Shown here one piece after another: positions 13,016 to 24,446 of a stretch of 64,000 nt of DNA. Numbering within the stretch: the stretch's first letter is position 1; each line of letters opens with the position of its first letter. This DNA is from Mobula hypostoma (taxonomy: Eukaryota). Under the pieces are notes generated by a model, which worked only from the letters and a program-made list of their open reading frames with translations, was not told the DNA's origin and ran no database searches. The stretch spans positions 1,426,001 to 1,490,000 of the forward strand of contig NW_026948187.1 in NCBI RefSeq assembly GCF_963921235.1, in the 5' to 3' direction. The translations under genes and the position numbers were made by a program.

Positions 13016-16000
13016 GTCAGATGTTGTTCAGACTTCAGACAAAGTCAGCAATCAAAAGGTTGAGCATGGTGCAGTGAATGTGCTGAGCTGTGTATATCAA
13101 ATGCAAGAAGCATGGTGGGAAAGCCAGATGAGCTCAGTGCATTGAATGGTGATATTGTTACCATTACTGGGAGTTAGTTGCACCCAACAGTCTGAGGATT
13201 GAGAGGAACACAATTACAGAGAGATCACAGACTATGCCGAGAAACAAAGGTTGTTAACTTTCCATATATTGACTGGGACTCCCATACTGTAAAAGGACGA
13301 GATGGGGTAGAGTTCGTCAAATGTGCCCTCCAATAATAGAATTCCTGACATGGACGTGTGCAATAAGCTGTTAGGAAATGATCCAGGGCTAGTGACAGAA
13401 ATTAGTGTATGGGAACACTTTGTACCTAGTGATCACAAAGCCATGAGATTCCAAGTAGATATGGAAAAAAAAAGATCTGGACCATGGGTTGAGATTCTAA
13501 ATTGGAGAAAGGTCAATGTTGATGGTATCAGGAAGGATCTAACAACAGTGGATTGGGCCAGGCTGTTTTCTGGCAAAGGAGTACTTGGTCGGTGGGAGGC
13601 CTTCAGAAGTTAATTTTTGAGGGTGTAGAGTTTGGATGTGCCTGTCAAAATAGAAGTTGAAAAGTAACTGGTGCAGGGAACCTTCCTTTTCCAGAGATAT
13701 TGAGGCCCCGGATATCTTGTTCCTCTAAGTGCCTCAGGCTGCTGAGTGCAACCAAGACTCATTAATGACTACAATATCATAATTCCATGCCCTGAGCTCA
13801 TCCGTTTTCTTTTGTTTTGTTGTCTTCTGTTGGTTTCTAAAAGCTTTCCAATGGTTTTTATGCTATGATTTGCCTTCTCTTTGGCTTTTATGTTGGCTTT
13901 GGTTTCTCATTTCAGCCACGGTTGTGTCCTCCTGCTTTTCCAATGCTTCCACTTTGGGATGTATCTATCATTCAGCTCCCGAATTGCTCCCAGAAACTCC
14001 AGCCATTGCTGCTCCTTTGTCATTCCCAACAGTTTTCCCTACCAATGAAGTTTGGCCAGCTTTTCTACAATAGAAACAGGAAGAAGTTCAGTACAGAAAC
14101 ATGTCATTAGGCCTATCTAGTAAATGCTGAAAAACCTTTTAAGCTGACAAATGCAAAGACCTGCACCAGGACCAAAGCCCTCCATAGCCCTACCATCCAG
14201 GTACCTATCCAAACTTCTCTTAAATGGTGAAATCGAGCTGGCATGAACCGCTTGTGCAGGCATCTCATTCCACACTCTCACAACCATTTCAGTGAAGGGG
14301 TTTTCCACAGGTTCCCTTAAATTTTCGTTAAATGTGGGAGGCACTTACCCATGACCTTTGGTTATAGTCCCACCCAACCTCAATGGAAAAAGCTGCTTGC
14401 ATTTACCCTATCTATACCCTCATAATTGTGTATACTTCCAACAAATCTTCAAAGCAATGTATGATTTCCTTGTTTATGTTTAGAGCCCATTTTAGGTGTA
14501 TAAGATGAGGGGCATTGATCATGTGGATAGCCAGAGGGCTAACACGAGGGGGCACAGGTGCTTGAAAATAGGTACCAAGGGGAAGTCAGGGGTAAGTTTT
14601 TGACAGAGTAGCTTGTGTGTGGAATGCACTGCCAGCAGTGGTGGTGGAAGCGGATATAATAGGGTCTTTTAAGAGCCTCTTAGATAGGTACATGGAGCTT
14701 AGGAAATTAGAGGGCTATGTGCTAGGGGAAATTCTAGGCAGTTTCTTGAGGAGGTATCATGATTGACACAACACTGTGGGCCGAAGGGCCTGTAATGTGC
14801 TGTAGGTTTCTATGTTCTACGTTAAACAGCGGAACGACATTGACTGTTCTTTTCAATCCTCTGGTACCTCCCCCTGTCACTACGGATGACTTATTTATCT
14901 CCACTAGGGACCCAACAACTTCTGCACTTACCTCCCGTAGCGTCTGAGGGAGAACCCTGTCATGTCCTGGAGATTTATCTACCCTAATCTGCCTCAGGAT
15001 AGCAAACATCTCCTCTTCTTTAATCTGCACAGGGTTCACGATTTTAATGCCGCTTTCTAACACTTCTATTGGACTCTGACCATCTCCTGAGTAAATAGAG
15101 ATGAAAAAAAAATTAAGATCTTCCCGATCTGCTTTGTTTCCACACATGAATTGCAATTCTGGTCTTCCAGAGGACCAACTTTGCCCCTTGCAATCCTTTT
15201 GCTCTTAATCTGTCCATTAGGATAATGCTTCATCTTCTCTGCGAGGGCAACCTCATGCCTTCTTTTAGCCATCTTGATTTATTTCTCATGTGTTTTCTTG
15301 CATTTCTTACACTCCACTTACATTACAAGAACCTGCCTGCCTATCCCTGTTCTGCAACTCCATTTTGTGCTTCACCAGGGTCTCAATATCTCTTGAAAAT
15401 CAAGGTTCCCTACAGTTTCTATCTTTACCTTTTATTCTGACAAACACATACCCACTTTGTACTCACAAAATTTTGCTTTAAAGGCTTCAATTTACCAAGC
15501 ACACCTTTGCCATAAAGCAGCCTGTCGCAGTCCACAGTTGCCAGATCCTAGTGTCATAATTCCAGGTGTTGATCCATGCCCTGAACACATCCGCCTATCC
15601 TACGCTGCTCCTTGTATTGAAATATACAGGGTTCAGCATATTCACTGCACCATGCTCAACTTTTTCATTCCTGACTTTGTCTGAGGGCTGAACAACATCT
15701 GTCTCCACAACCCCTCCACTATCTGTTCTGTTATTCAGACTCCCATTCCCCCTGCAACTTCAGTTTAACCCCCTTACCCCCACCTCCCACCATGCAGCTC
15801 TATCACCCCTTTGGCTTTCATCTCCCAGATCAATAAAAAGGGGGTGCATACCAGGTACAGGCAGATAGGAACAAATGGGGTACTTAAGAAGTACAGGAAA
15901 TTCAAGTGAACACTTATGAAAGAAATAAAAGAAGGCATGAGGTTGCCCCAGCAGACAAGGTGAAGGAGAATCCTCAGGGATTCTGCAGATATGTTCAGAG

Positions 16001-17720
16001 TGAAAAGATTGCAAGGGAAAAATTAATCCTCTGGAAGATCAGAATGGTAATCCATACAAGGACACAAAATATATGGGGGAGATTTTACTGTATTTACTCC
16101 AGAGAGGGACACAGTCGTTAGAAGTGAGGCAAAGCAGGACCCTTTGTGGACCCTGTACAGATTACAGAGGTGGAGGTGTTTGCTGTCTGAAGGCAAATTA
16201 GCATGGATTCTCAGGGCCTGAAAATTTGTTCCCTGGGACCTACTGGAAGACAAGTGCAGAAATTGTCGGGGCCCATTCACAGATATTTAAATCATCCTTA
16301 GTGACAGGAGAGGTGCTGGCGGATTGGAGGGCAACCAATTTTGTTCTGCTGTTCAAGAAATGCTCTAAAAATAAACTAGGAAGTTACACACTGGTGAGCC
16401 TGACATCAGTAGTGGGAAAGTTATTGGAACATATGTGCAGGAACCGGATATGTAAGTATTTGGATAGATGTGGACTGATTAAGGATAGGCAGCATGGCTT
16501 TGTGCACGGTAGGTCATGTCCAGCCAACCTTACCGAGTCTCTCAAGGAAGTTGTCAGGAAAGTGGATGAAAGTAATGCGGTGGATGTTGTCCACATGGAC
16601 TTTAGCAAAGCACTTGACAAAGTCTCATATGGGAGGTTGGTCAAGAAGGTTCAGTCACTCAGCATTCAGGATGAGATCGTAAATTGGATGAGACACTGTC
16701 TTTGGGAGAAGCCAGACTGTGGTAGCAGATGGTTGCCTCTCTGACTGGAGACCTGTGACTCGTGGTGTGTTGCAGGGATCAGTGCTGGATCTGTTGTTGT
16801 TTGTCATCTATATCAGTAATCTGGATGAAAGTGTGGTTAACTGGATCAGCAAATTTGTGGCTGACACCAAGATTGGTGGTGTCGTGGACAGTGAGGAAGA
16901 CTATCATGGCTTGCAGTGAGATCTGGACCAGCTGGGAAAATGGTTTGAGAAATGGGAAATGGAATTTAATGCAGACGATTGTGAGGTGTTGCATTTTGGT
17001 AGGACCTTGATCTTACACAGTGACTGGTCGGGCACTGAGGAGAGCTGTAGAAGGAAGGGATCTGGGAATACAGGTCGATAATTCACTGAAAGTGGTGTCA
17101 CAGTTAGATAGGGACGGAAAGAAAGATTTTGGCACGTTGGCCTTCATAAACCAAAGTACTGAGTACAGGAGATGGATGTTTTCTTCACGTTGTACAAGAC
17201 ATTGGTGAGGCCTAATTTGGAGTATTGTTGCAGTTTTGGTCACCAACCTGCAGGAAAGATGCAAAAGAGGTTGAAAAAATTCAGAAAAAATTCACAAGGA
17301 TGTTGCCAGGTCTGGAGGACTTGGGTCATAAGGAAACATTGAACAGGTCAGGGCTTTATTCCTTGGAATGTAGAAGATAAAGGGGAGATTTGATGGAGGT
17401 ATACCACAGTTATGAGGGGTATAGACAGGGTAAATGAAAGCTAGCTTTTACCACTGATATTGGGTGGGACTACAACCAGAGGCCATGTGTTAAGGGTGAA
17501 AGGTGAAATGTTAGGGGGAACATGAGGGGAAACTTCTTCACACGGACGGTCATCTGGGTGTGGAATGAGCAGCCAGCACAAGTGGTGCCTGCGAGCTCAA
17601 TTTCAACATTTACGAGGTTCGTATCGGTACCTGGATGGTAGGGGTACGGGAGTAGAAAGTTTGAATAGCTCGGCACCAGCTAGATGGGCCAGACATGTTT
17701 CTGTGTTGTTCTTTTCTATG
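13015..17720. mobile_element. Nested CR1 LINE fragments in both orientations (intron of ZNF-A)
   Basis: SDH endonuclease motif (13323 ORF), KSPGHD, QHGF...DFSKALDKV, QGSVL...KFVAD; parts shared with 35060-37830 (-), 47510-49140 (-) and 63600-64000 (+). Confidence 0.85.
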
Positions 17721-17759
17721 ACTGTGAGAAGAATCTTGAATAATACTGATATTCACTCT

Positions 17760-17862
17760 CAAAGTTGCTGGTGAACGCAGCAGACCAGGCAGCATCTCTA
17801 GGAAGACGTACAGTCGACGTTTCAGGCCGAGACCCTTCGTCAGGAGAATTCCTCGTGTTTGT
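17760..17862 (-). mobile_element. Penelope pLTR fragment with a minimal hammerhead ribozyme core
   Basis: Minus strand 17845-17811: CTGACGA-AGGgtctcggCCT-GAAAC-GTC-gactg; insert absent from the ZNF-B paralog and flanked by a CTGATATTCACT duplication. Confidence 0.65.
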
Positions 17863-18338
17863 GCTGATATTCACTGTAATTCCATTTAACAGCTGTGCAG
17901 ACCAACCATACATCTCAGTAGGAGATATTTACATGGCGTTAAAACTGTGGCACTTTAAATTAACGGTACATAAAAGAAAATCCCAGCTGCACGTCAACAA
18001 AGGCTATTTGTGTGAGAGTGTTTCAGTTACTGTGGGCCCAGGCACTCATGCAGCTCAGTGGGAACAGGGAATAATACCAATGGAGAGAGTCAAACTGAGC
18101 CAGGTCACAGATTGGAGATGGCAGAAATGCCCCATTCTTATAGAGACAGAAAAAGCATCAGAGAGTTTGTTGGTCATCCCAGATACCAGCACAGTGCCCA
18201 GTTGGAAGATTATTTCTCTCTCCAACATGGGTTGAACTTCACTGTAACAGTGTGATGTCAGATCACACATTGGCAAATCAAATGATCTCTTCTGAAATGT
18301 CCTTCACCCATTGATGGACTCTGTAAATCTTTTTACAG

Positions 18339-18744
18339 GTTAAGAATGACAAGGAATTTGTCTACAGGAATCTCAAACACAACACGCCAGTTTTGCTGTC
18401 TCTGTGCAGATATTTAAGAAGTGGAGCAAGGGATTCACTCGATCATCCTTCCTGCTCAGACCGTGGGGAGGGATTCACTCGATCATCTGACCGACTGGTA
18501 CGCCCGTCATTTTACACAGGAGAGATCCCATTCATCTGCTCAGACAGTGGGTTGGATTGACTCGATCATTTGAACTGAAGGTACATCAGCAAGTTCACAC
18601 TGGGCAAGGCTGTTCACCTGTTCTGTGTGTGGGAAGGGATTCAGTCGGTCTTCCCACTTGTGGACACACCAGTCAGTTCACACTGGGCAGAGGCTGGTCA
18701 TCTGCTGAATTTGTGGGGAAGGATTCACTCGGTCATCTGACATA
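18339..18744 (+). other. 5' UTR part of the ZNF-A last exon, made of degenerate fingers
   Basis: Acceptor TTTTTACAG|G at 18338/18339 conserved at 34623 and 47168; frameshifted fingers; in-frame TGA 18706-18708. Confidence 0.7.
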
Positions 18745-19548
18745 ATGGCTCACCAGCGGGTTCACACTGGGGAGCGGCCGTTCACCTGCTCATCGTGTGG
18801 GAAGTGATTCACTCGGTCAGCTAAACTGAAGGTACATCAGCGAGTTCACACCGGGGAGCGGCCGTTCACGTGCTTATTGTGTGGGAAGGGATTCACTCAG
18901 TCATCCACCCTAGTGCTGCACCAGCGAATTCACACTGGAGAGAGGCCATTCACCTGCTTAGACTGCGGGAAGGGATTCACTCAGTCATCCACCCTACTGG
19001 CACACCAGTCAGTTCACACTGGGGAGAGGCCGTTCACCTGCTCAGTGTGTGGGAAGGGATTTACTCAGTCATCCACCCTAATGGTGCACCAGCGAGTTCA
19101 CACTGGGGAGAGGCCATTCACCTGCTCAAACTGTGCGGAGACATTCACTCGGTCATCCAACCTACAGAGACACCAGCGAGTTCATACGGGGGAGAAGCCA
19201 TTCACTTGCTCAGTTTGTGGGAAGAGATTCACTCGGTCATCCAACCTACAGAGACACCAGCGCGTTCACACTGGGGAGAGGCCATTCACTTGCTCAAACT
19301 GTGGGAAGGGATTCACATCGTCATCTAAACTGAAGGTACATCAACGAGTTCACACTGGAGAGAGGCCATTCACCTGCTCAGATTGTGGGAAGGAATTCAC
19401 TCAATCATCCCACCTACAGAGTCACCAGCGAGTTCACACTGGGGAGAAGCCGTTCACCTGCTCAGACTGTGGAAAGGGATTCACTCGGTCATCCTACCTC
19501 TTGGCACACCAGTCAGTTCACACTGGGGAGAAGCAATTCATATGTTGA
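18745..19548 (+). pseudogene. C2H2 zinc-finger gene ZNF-A with a nonsense mutation
   Basis: Same ATG context as the paralogs ([13 protein letters not shown]) at 18745; GGA>TGA at 18805-18807 in finger 1; 8 intact fingers follow; stop plus frameshift near 19546, then an ERV LTR. Confidence 0.85.
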
Positions 19549-19674
19549 GACTGGGAAGGGATTCACTCGGTCATCTGTTCTACAGAGACACCAGCGAGTT
19601 CACACTGTGGATAATCCATTCACCTGTCAGACTGTGGGAAAGGATTCCCTCACTCTTCCACCCAACAGATGAGA

Positions 19675-20150
19675 TGTTGAAGGATAATTTGTCCTGTTAA
19701 CTTGCTGGAAATTAGATGCTCTCAGGTGATTAAGTGGTCTTTGTCAAGTACTATTGAGATTTTAAAGGGTTAATTTGTGCTGATGACATGCAAGAATTTT
19801 GATACTAATGACACACATAGTACTTGGATGGATGACCTTTGCTTCTGCTTTAGGCGCTAAAGTATTCTTTGTCTCATACTATTAGTCTTGCCAGGCACGT
19901 GACTGTGGGTGTAGCTAAAATTTGTATCTTGCATACGTGACCGACTGTGGTGTAAAACCCTATAAAAAGGGAGGACTGTTCCCCTGTTTGAAGAGCATCG
20001 CTTGACAGGACTCTGCAAGTACTGCGAAGTTTGTTAAGTGATCCTCCAAAAAGCTTGTACTTGCTTAAATAAAGAACCGTGGCTATCCACAGAAGTTGGC
20101 GTATTGCATTTGTATCAACTGTGTAAGAATCTCAAGAAAACAAACCAACA
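19675..20150 (+). mobile_element. 5' LTR of an endogenous retrovirus
   Basis: TGTTG...CAACA ends, TATAAAA 19961, AATAAA 20068, followed by a PBS. Confidence 0.85.
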
Positions 20151-20157
20151 TGACATG

Positions 20158-20175
20158 TGGCGACGAGGATGGGAT
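20158..20175 (+). other. Primer-binding site, tRNA-Ser(GCU)
   Basis: TGGCGACGAGGATGGGAT is complementary to the 3' end of vertebrate tRNA-Ser(GCT) (ATCCCATCCTCGTCG-CCA). Confidence 0.8.
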
Positions 20176-21030
20176 TATAACATAAACAGAACTCCTAGGC
20201 AGAATGAATAAGTGATCAGTTGTGTGATGGTGACGTGAGACAGATGGGCCCACAAGGTAAGATTTACCTTGATCTCTCTCATTAACCTATCACTCAGTCG
20301 ACCCCTCGTCCCATAGAGCTCTGTAGTGACGGAATCCCTGGGATACCTTACGCACTTGTACGCCAATGGATTCGTCTCAGCAAGGTTTGAGTCCCCCGGA
20401 GTTCAGAGGTTAGAGTCCTCAGAGCTGTATGTTTTCGGAAAAGGAGGTTAGAGTCATCGGATAGTGGGGTTTGAGTCCCCGAAAATAAGGTTAATTATAG
20501 TGTCCGTTTCAACCACCCTGCCTCAGACCGGTTGTTAAGACGGGAAGTCCCCCACACAAAGGTCAGGACCCTGAAGTGTGTGTGGAGAGCAAAGACACTG
20601 GGCTAGTACATAGAGATAAGTTAAGGAGTTGGCACTTTAAGACTGGGACAGACATTGGATAAGCCGGGAGTCGGAACCCTTTTGTATCGGTTATGTTGGG
20701 ATAACCCCAAAGCTGAGGAACGGTTCAGATGCCTGTCGCCATGCTGAAATTAAAACATTGAGAAATGAAATTTGCCCAATACAGGGAACTTAGGATTTAA
20801 ATAAATGTATAAAAGCAGAAGAGGCAATTTGGAAATGTAACACTGGGACTAAATGGAAAACTTTAATATCCACGTGGAGGAAGTAACAAATAAATCTATG
20901 CAGACCAGCTGGGAGAATAACACACGTCGGAGAGGGATAAGCTCATGTGATCTAAGCCAGGATTCCCCAATTAGTTTTCCACGAGGGCCAAATTATGTCA
21001 AACATGCCAAGCCAAGGACCATAACGTCCA
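20176..21030 (+). mobile_element. ERV leader and decayed gag 5' part
   Basis: Follows the PBS; ICPIQGT*DLNKC at ~20770 resembles the WPxxG(T/S) matrix motif of class I ERV Gag. Confidence 0.5.
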
Positions 21031-21275
21031 GGGTTTTTTTTTCATTGCGCCAGTAAGTTGTTTTATGAGCAGGTGTTGTTGTTGTTGCTATTATCATTAA
21101 TAGTATGTTATTATTATTTTTATTAGTAGTAGTAATAATAATATAGGCCTGGGATTCTGAAAGCCTGAGTTGTGGGTCACTCAAGAAAAAAATGCACTCT
21201 TGAAACAAAATAAGTCCAAAACCAACCATTTAGTTATAACTGTAGCTCTCGCAGCTGTCAGCTGTCACATTGAGA

Positions 21276-22570
21276 TGCCACAATGGGGGCGCTGGTAGCG
21301 GACCCAAATACAAGACACAGACACTGAAGTACTAGAACAGGACAAGGATGCAGGACCTGGGCTAAGACATGGACAAGAAACAGGGAAACCGGACAAGGAA
21401 CTATGAACTAGGAGCCTGGGCTAGGGAGAGCGGGACCACGACTAGAAACTATGGACTAGGAGACAAGGCCTGGACTCCGAGCCAGAGACTGGACAAGGAC
21501 CCAGAACCTGAGTCTTGCCTTGGGCTCGGACCCCAGAACCAGGCAAGGACATGACGTGGCTGGGGTCTTGGCTCTTGACGCTTGAGCCTGGGGTCTTGGC
21601 TCTTGAACTTGGAGACAGGCTGGGGTCTTGGCTCTTGACTTGGAGACAGGCTGGGGTCTTGGGTCACGAGGCTGCAGGCAGGGGTCTTGGGACTTGGAAT
21701 GCGGAAGCTGATATCTCGGAGGCTGGAGCTTGGAGACAGACTGGGAAATGTGCATCAACATAGAGCCGGGAGTTATCCTTCGAAAAGGTGGGACTCATCT
21801 TTAACATGACACCAACATGAGACAAGACAGTACATAGACATAGAACCGGGATTATACTTAGACAAGTCGAGAATCAACCTCTCCACACCAAGGTGGGACA
21901 GGACCATCCGTCGGGTAACGGCAGAACTACTGGACTTACCCAACAGAGGCAAAGACAAAACAAGACAGGTCCCCCAATCAGGGCAACAGCAGAACGTCCC
22001 GACTTACCCCATGGAGGCGAGGACAAGACAAGACATGACATCCCCCTGCAGGGCAATGGCAGAACGGCCTGACTTACCCCACGGAGGCGAGGACAAGAAG
22101 AGACAAACACCAAAGAACGACAGACAGTTCCATCTCTGCATCGGGGTTGCTCCGAGTAGCAGTTATGGCCAGCAAACTCGGCTGGCTACGGAAACAGCCC
22201 GATCTCTATCTAGCTCGGAGTGACTGACGGCCACTCGGCTGGCTCAGGAAACGGCCGAATCCATACTGCAAAGACAGCTCCAACTACTGACAGCAAGGCT
22301 CAATGAGGGAATGGTTCCCCAATCACGGCCTAAAGATGGCAAGTGGCCGCTCCAGCCTTCCATCGGCAGGTTGCTCCCAGGGGATCTTGACAAGACAAAT
22401 CAGCAGCCCACACTCAACCCCAAGGCTACTTATATTCCAAGACCCAAGTTGAGAATCAGGTGCCTATGAATAATTCAACCAAAGGAAGGGACAGCTGGAA
22501 GACCCAGAGTCCCGAGTCCACGGACCAGACCGTGAAGCAGAATGCGAACTTCACGGACCAGACCATAACA
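21276..22570. mobile_element. Solo LTR (~1.3 kb) with internal tandem repeats
   Basis: TG...CA ends; 5-bp TSD TGAGA at 21271-21275 and 22571-22575; ~30-bp repeats 21560-21700 and ~72-bp repeats 21890-22100. Confidence 0.75.
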
Positions 22571-22593
22571 TGAGAACTCATCTGGGAGTTAAA

Positions 22594-22595
<2 letters not shown>

Positions 22596-22630
<35 letters not shown>
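22596..22630 (+). repeat. (CA)n microsatellite
   Basis: Direct observation. Confidence 0.95.
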
Positions 22631-22633
<3 letters not shown>

Positions 22634-23029
22634 GTCTTCAGCACTTCTCTTCCACACAAAGAACACCTCTTCCACACGGAGTTTTAGTAGTGCTGCCTTT
22701 TCCACTGTTTCTCTTCTCTCATTTAATTTAAAATAAGAAATAGATTAAGCTATGTAGCATTTGAAGTATGAAGTGTAGGTATAAATGAAATTATCAGTAT
22801 TATTGTTGTTGTAATATTATTATACTGCAATAAGATTGACAAATGGAGAAAATAAATTGATTCACTCACCAATCAGTGAGAGAAGTGACAGTGACGGGAT
22901 GAGGCAATCCTTCTGATGTCGGGACTGTATTCTGTTGTGGGAATCCTGAGGCACTGGCCGAGATGTGCATTGGAGAGTCTGTTTCTGTCCTGGTTCTTGA
23001 TAGAGTTCTTTGAAGAAAACGATGACTCA

Positions 23030-23280
23030 CATATGTACACTCCTCCGCTAAAACCTCGACTCTTCTTGTTGCCATGTTAGCTGACAATGGCACCGTCTTT
23101 AATAGCTCCACAACTGTTTTCTTGGTTTTCTCATCATGACTTAAGACTTCGCCAACTGTATCAATTGCACATGTTTTAATCAACTCGGCATCAGCGAATC
23201 TTAGCTTTGGCAAGATTCCATGACACATGCAATGATGCAGCTGTTGTGCTCTCTTGTGCAGATGTTGACTTATAGCTAAT
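23030..23280 (-). mobile_element. hAT (Buster/Charlie/SPIN-like) transposase fragment
   Basis: FADAELIKTC...LLKTVPLSANMATRRVEVLAEE matches the F.DGELIK.C...PLS..TV.RRI pattern. Confidence 0.7.
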
Positions 23281-23415
23281 AGAAATGGAGTGCTTTATGA
23301 TGTTATTATATTTGTGATTTTTTGTTAGCGTTGATCTGATTTTGCAGGGTATTTGGCATTGAAACTGGCAGCATGCGTATTGTTGAAGTGCCGCTTTAGA
23401 TTTTCTGTTTTGCAG

Positions 23416-23931
23416 ACAGCCACGGCAGCGGCAGATCTACTGACCATCGTGCTTGCGGTGATATTGTGGCGGTTCAGTTATTATTACTTCCCCGGGATTT
23501 TCCTGGACATCACCCCCGTGTGCAGTGTGATCTCTGTCCTGGGAAAGGGAGTCACAGAAATTTCTGTCTGGTTCACCGTCACTTTTACTTTTGATCGGTT
23601 TGTCGCCATTTGTTGCCAGAAGTGGAAAATAAAATATTGCACCGGGAAAACTGCAGCTGTGGTTCTGACAACAACCGGCGTTCTGCTCTGCTTTAATAAT
23701 GTGCCCTTCTTCTTTATATATCATCCTGTGGAAGTGGTTGACAATATACCCTGGGACTGTATTGAAATACCGGGCTACTATACGGATCCTGGGTGGATGG
23801 GATATCACCGGCTTTCTACCGTCCTCACGCCAATACTCCCGTTCGTGTTAATACTACTGTTCAACGCTCTGACAGTCAGACACATTTTAGTGACCAGTCA
23901 CGTCCGTAAGGGGCTGAGGGGTCAAACCAAG
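23416..23931 (+). pseudogene. GPR139/GPR142-like class A GPCR fragment (TM2-TM5)
   Basis: AADLL (TM2), SVWFTVTFTFDRFVAIC (TM3, DRF), KYCT, PILPFVLILLFNALTVRHI (TM5); frame open, but no TM1 and cut by an LTR before TM6. Confidence 0.8.
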
Positions 23932-24401
23932 AGACAGAGGATGGACAAGGTGCTGTGAGTCCGCTAACACGGTCGGACCCCGCGCAGGAGTCCGAGGTCC
24001 AGGGTGTTCAGCGAGGAGAGGAGACGGACTCGTGTGGCGCGTCTGGTCGACCATTGTTGTTGGTCCCAGCCGGCAGGTCGAGGTGGTCCGAGGGAAGACG
24101 CAGGGTGAAGAAGGAGCGTCCTGAGCTCCAGCTGTTTGTGCACGAAGAGATAGAACTTTGATGGGTGTGGTGCCTTTTATTTTCCTTTTATATTTTATTC
24201 TTCATTAATTATATAGTTCCAGTAATATCTATAAAAATGTAATTCATTTAATCGTATCTGGTGTACTGTCTGTCATTTGGGCGGGGTGGGGTACATCACA
24301 CCGCATCCACACAAACTAATTACCCAGTTTGGCAGGGCCGAGGGCTGTTTCCCTAGACGACCGCGAGCTGAGCGACCCTGAGGCTGGCCATGGGGGCTAC
24401 A
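23932..24401 (+). mobile_element. Gypsy 5' LTR (5' part missing)
   Basis: Direct repeat of ~26415-26892; ends GGGGCTACA. Confidence 0.9.
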
Positions 24402-24403
24402 TC

Positions 24404-24446
24404 TGGGGGCTCATCCGGGATTTGAACCCAGGACCTCTCGCACCCC
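24404..24446 (-). other. tRNA-Pro PBS extended to a 43-nt copy of the tRNA 3' half including CCA
   Basis: TGGGGGCTCATCCGGGATTTGAACCCAGGACCTCTCGCACCCC is complementary to tRNA-Pro positions 76-34 with two CpG-type transitions. Confidence 0.85.

Noticed and set aside
18805-18807. Selenocysteine or readthrough TGA
   Set aside because: It replaces Gly (GGA), not Cys; paralogs have GGA; no SECIS evident.
18870-19700. Alternative-frame ORFs over finger arrays (WEGIHSVI..., GRDSL...)
   Set aside because: By-products of the 84-bp finger periodicity, also seen over ZNF-B.
21350-22260. CRISPR-like repeat array
   Set aside because: Degenerate tandem repeats without unique spacers, inside a TSD-flanked LTR in vertebrate DNA.
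24404-24446. tRNA-Pro gene
   Set aside because: Only the 3' half is present, it includes CCA and sits at the PBS position; no 5' half or A box.
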